In this document: positions 62,301 through 64,000 of the stretch, piece by piece | Layout: each line of letters starts with the position of its first letter | Position numbering within the stretch: position 1 is the first letter of the stretch | Assembly (NCBI GenBank): GCA_002269645.1 | Contig: NIVC01000990.1 | Location: 310,001-374,000 of the forward strand | Direction of reading: 5' to 3' | DNA: 64,000 nucleotides | From: Macrostomum lignano | Taxonomy: Eukaryota | The notes under the pieces: generated by a model | The model's input: only the letters and a program-made list of their open reading frames with translations | Databases searched by the model: none | Told to the model about the DNA's origin: nothing | Position numbers and translations under genes: made by a program

Positions 62301-64000
62301 CATCAGTAGGGATTTTTATCCCCATCCTGAGAAATAGTCATATCATCAGTAGGGATTTTTATCCCCATCCTGAGAAATAGTCATATCATCAGTAGGGATT
62401 TTTATCCCCATTCTGAGGAGCAGGCATCAATAAGGGATTTTATCCCCATTTTTAGGAGTAGCCGAGTAGGTATCAATGGAGGATTTTTATTCCCATACCG
62501 AGAAGTAGACATCAATAAGGGATTTTTATCCCTTATTAGTGTTAACGCAGCCGTAGAAAAATGTCTAACTCTAGGCATTCATAGTCCCTATAAAAATAGC
62601 AACCAACCTAGATTAAAATAATGCTACATACTACTTTTGCTTTTATAATAATTAGTGTAGTAGAATCTATCAGTTTTCTAAGATGTTTTCAATTGCTCTT
62701 CTTTCGGTTGTGAAGGTTCGCCTAATCGACGCCTCGCTGAAGTTCCTGGCCGGCTGCACTACCCAGCTGCGCCGGGTCACAGTCGGCAAGGAGACGGCCG
62801 AGCGCCGCGTCCGGCTCGGCCCCCTGTCCGGCGTCATTCACCCCGAGGAGAAGCGCCAGATTATTGGCGATCTGTTTATGCTGGTTGCCAAGGACGTTGT
62901 TGCCGAGCTGCAGCTGGACCCCGACAAGGTCTACCTGGCCCAGGGCACCCTGCGGCCCGACCTCATCGAGTCCGCCTCCACCATCGCCTCTCATCGGGCC
63001 GACGCCATCAAGACTCATCACAATGACACCGATCTGGTGCGCGAACTGCGCGCTAGAGGCCGCGTCATCGAACCGTTGAAGGATTTTCACAAGGATGAGG
63101 TGCCAGTCTTATGTAATATCCCTGATGTATTAGCCCACCTCTGTTTCACTTCTGCTAAGCATCTCTGCTTTATCTGTCGCCCAGCATCTGTGCTTCATCT
63201 ATGGCCCAGCCTCTCCGTGCTTCATCTGTCGCCCAGCATCTGTGCTTCATCTATGGCCCAGCCTCTCCGTGCTTCATCTGTCACACAGCTTCTCTGCTTC
63301 ACCTGTCACACAGCTTCTCTGCTTCATCCGTCACTCAGTTTCTGTGCTTCATCTATCACACAGCCTCTCTGCTTCATTCAATCGCCCAGCCTCCCTGTGC
63401 TTCATCTGTCACATAGCTTCTCTTCTTCATCCGTCACTCAGTATCTGTGCTTCATCTGTCACACAGCTTCTCTGCTTCATCCGTCACTCAGTATCTGTAC
63501 TTTATCTGCCACGAAGATTCTCTGCTTCATCCATCGCTCAGCATCAGTGCTTCATCCATAGCCCAGCCTCTCATATACTCGCAAACCATTCCAGGTGCGC
63601 ACAATCGCCCGCGATCTGGGCCTCCCGGACGCCCTGGTGTCGCGGCACCCGTTCCCCGGGCCGGGTCTAGCAATCCGAGTCCTGTGCGCCAGGGAGCCCC
63701 ACATGGACAAGGACTTCATGGAGACCGCCGCAGCGGTTCGCCTGCTGCTCGACCTGCGCAATTCTGCGCCAGCAATCGGCGCCGGCGAACGTCAGGCGCC
63801 TCAACTGTCGCGTCTACGCCAGCTGCTCACCGCCAGTGAAATTGATCAGCTCAGTCGGCTGTCCGACATTCAGGGCCATCTGTTGCCGGTGAACACTGTG
63901 GGAGTGCAGGGCGACAGGCGCACCTATTCTTACGCTGTGGCCCTGTCCAGCTCGAGTCCCGAGCCCAATTGGCCTGATCTGTTCTACATTGCTCGCCTAT
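59314..64000 (+). CDS. GMPS: GMP synthase (glutamine-hydrolysing), 3'-partial; exons 59314-59636, 60955-61311, 61869-62067, 62716-63099, 63595-window end
   Basis: [34 protein letters not shown] (catalytic Cys), GVQFHPEV (His-Glu), [36 protein letters not shown]|[14 protein letters not shown]; all GT-AG junctions keep frame. Confidence 0.97.
59706..60858. repeat. About 24-25-bp minisatellite (CAGCCTCTGTGCTTCATCTGTCACC) in GMPS intron 1
   Basis: Tandem units read directly. Confidence 0.95.
61460..61825. repeat. 30-bp minisatellite (CCCATTCTAGGGATCATAGCC...) in GMPS intron 2
   Basis: Tandem units, alternating ATAAATAT/GGTAGATAT variants. Confidence 0.9.
62176..62530. repeat. 43-bp minisatellite (TAGGGATTTTTATCCCCATCCTGAGAAATAGTCATATCATCAG) in GMPS intron 3
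   Basis: Tandem units read directly. Confidence 0.9.
63135..63570. repeat. Diverged GTGCTTCATCTGTCAC minisatellite in GMPS intron 4, same family as intron 1
   Basis: Shared core CTGTGCTTCATCTGTCAC. Confidence 0.88.

Overview
Animal (metazoan) nuclear DNA, not prokaryotic: GC-rich spliced exons sit in AT-rich, minisatellite-laden introns and intergenic DNA. The style suggests the free-living flatworm Macrostomum lignano, which is an inference I cannot confirm. Host genes: a 3-exon MATH-BTB adaptor-like gene (minus, no ATG found), a single-exon MZT2/MOZART2 homologue, SMARCE1/BAF57 (3 exons), an intronless 1767-codon very large inducible GTPase (VLIG/GVIN1/URGCP family) with a truncated near-identical GTPase-core copy 5.4 kb upstream, a secreted PAN + ConA/LamG-like protein, and the 5' five exons of GMP synthase. 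Mobile DNA: two tRNA-derived SINEs, two hAT MITEs, a foldback-type MITE, a LINE relic with a Gypsy integrase segment where its RT should be, a Polinton-type protein-primed polB fragment with a spliceosomal intron, a decayed intron-containing THAP/P-element transposase, an RTE 3' end and a decayed Mag-type Gypsy. Most long ORFs in the track are repeat artefacts. No CRISPR. Best leads: the intron-split polB next to the P-type transposase; the VLIG locus (SAM-like N-terminus, converted or duplicated GTPase core, STAT/IRF/kB-like motif cluster); a possible MZT2 > MATH-BTB operon whose second gene may take its start codon from a spliced leader; and a silk-like Gly/Ala/Tyr reading frame missed by the ORF track.
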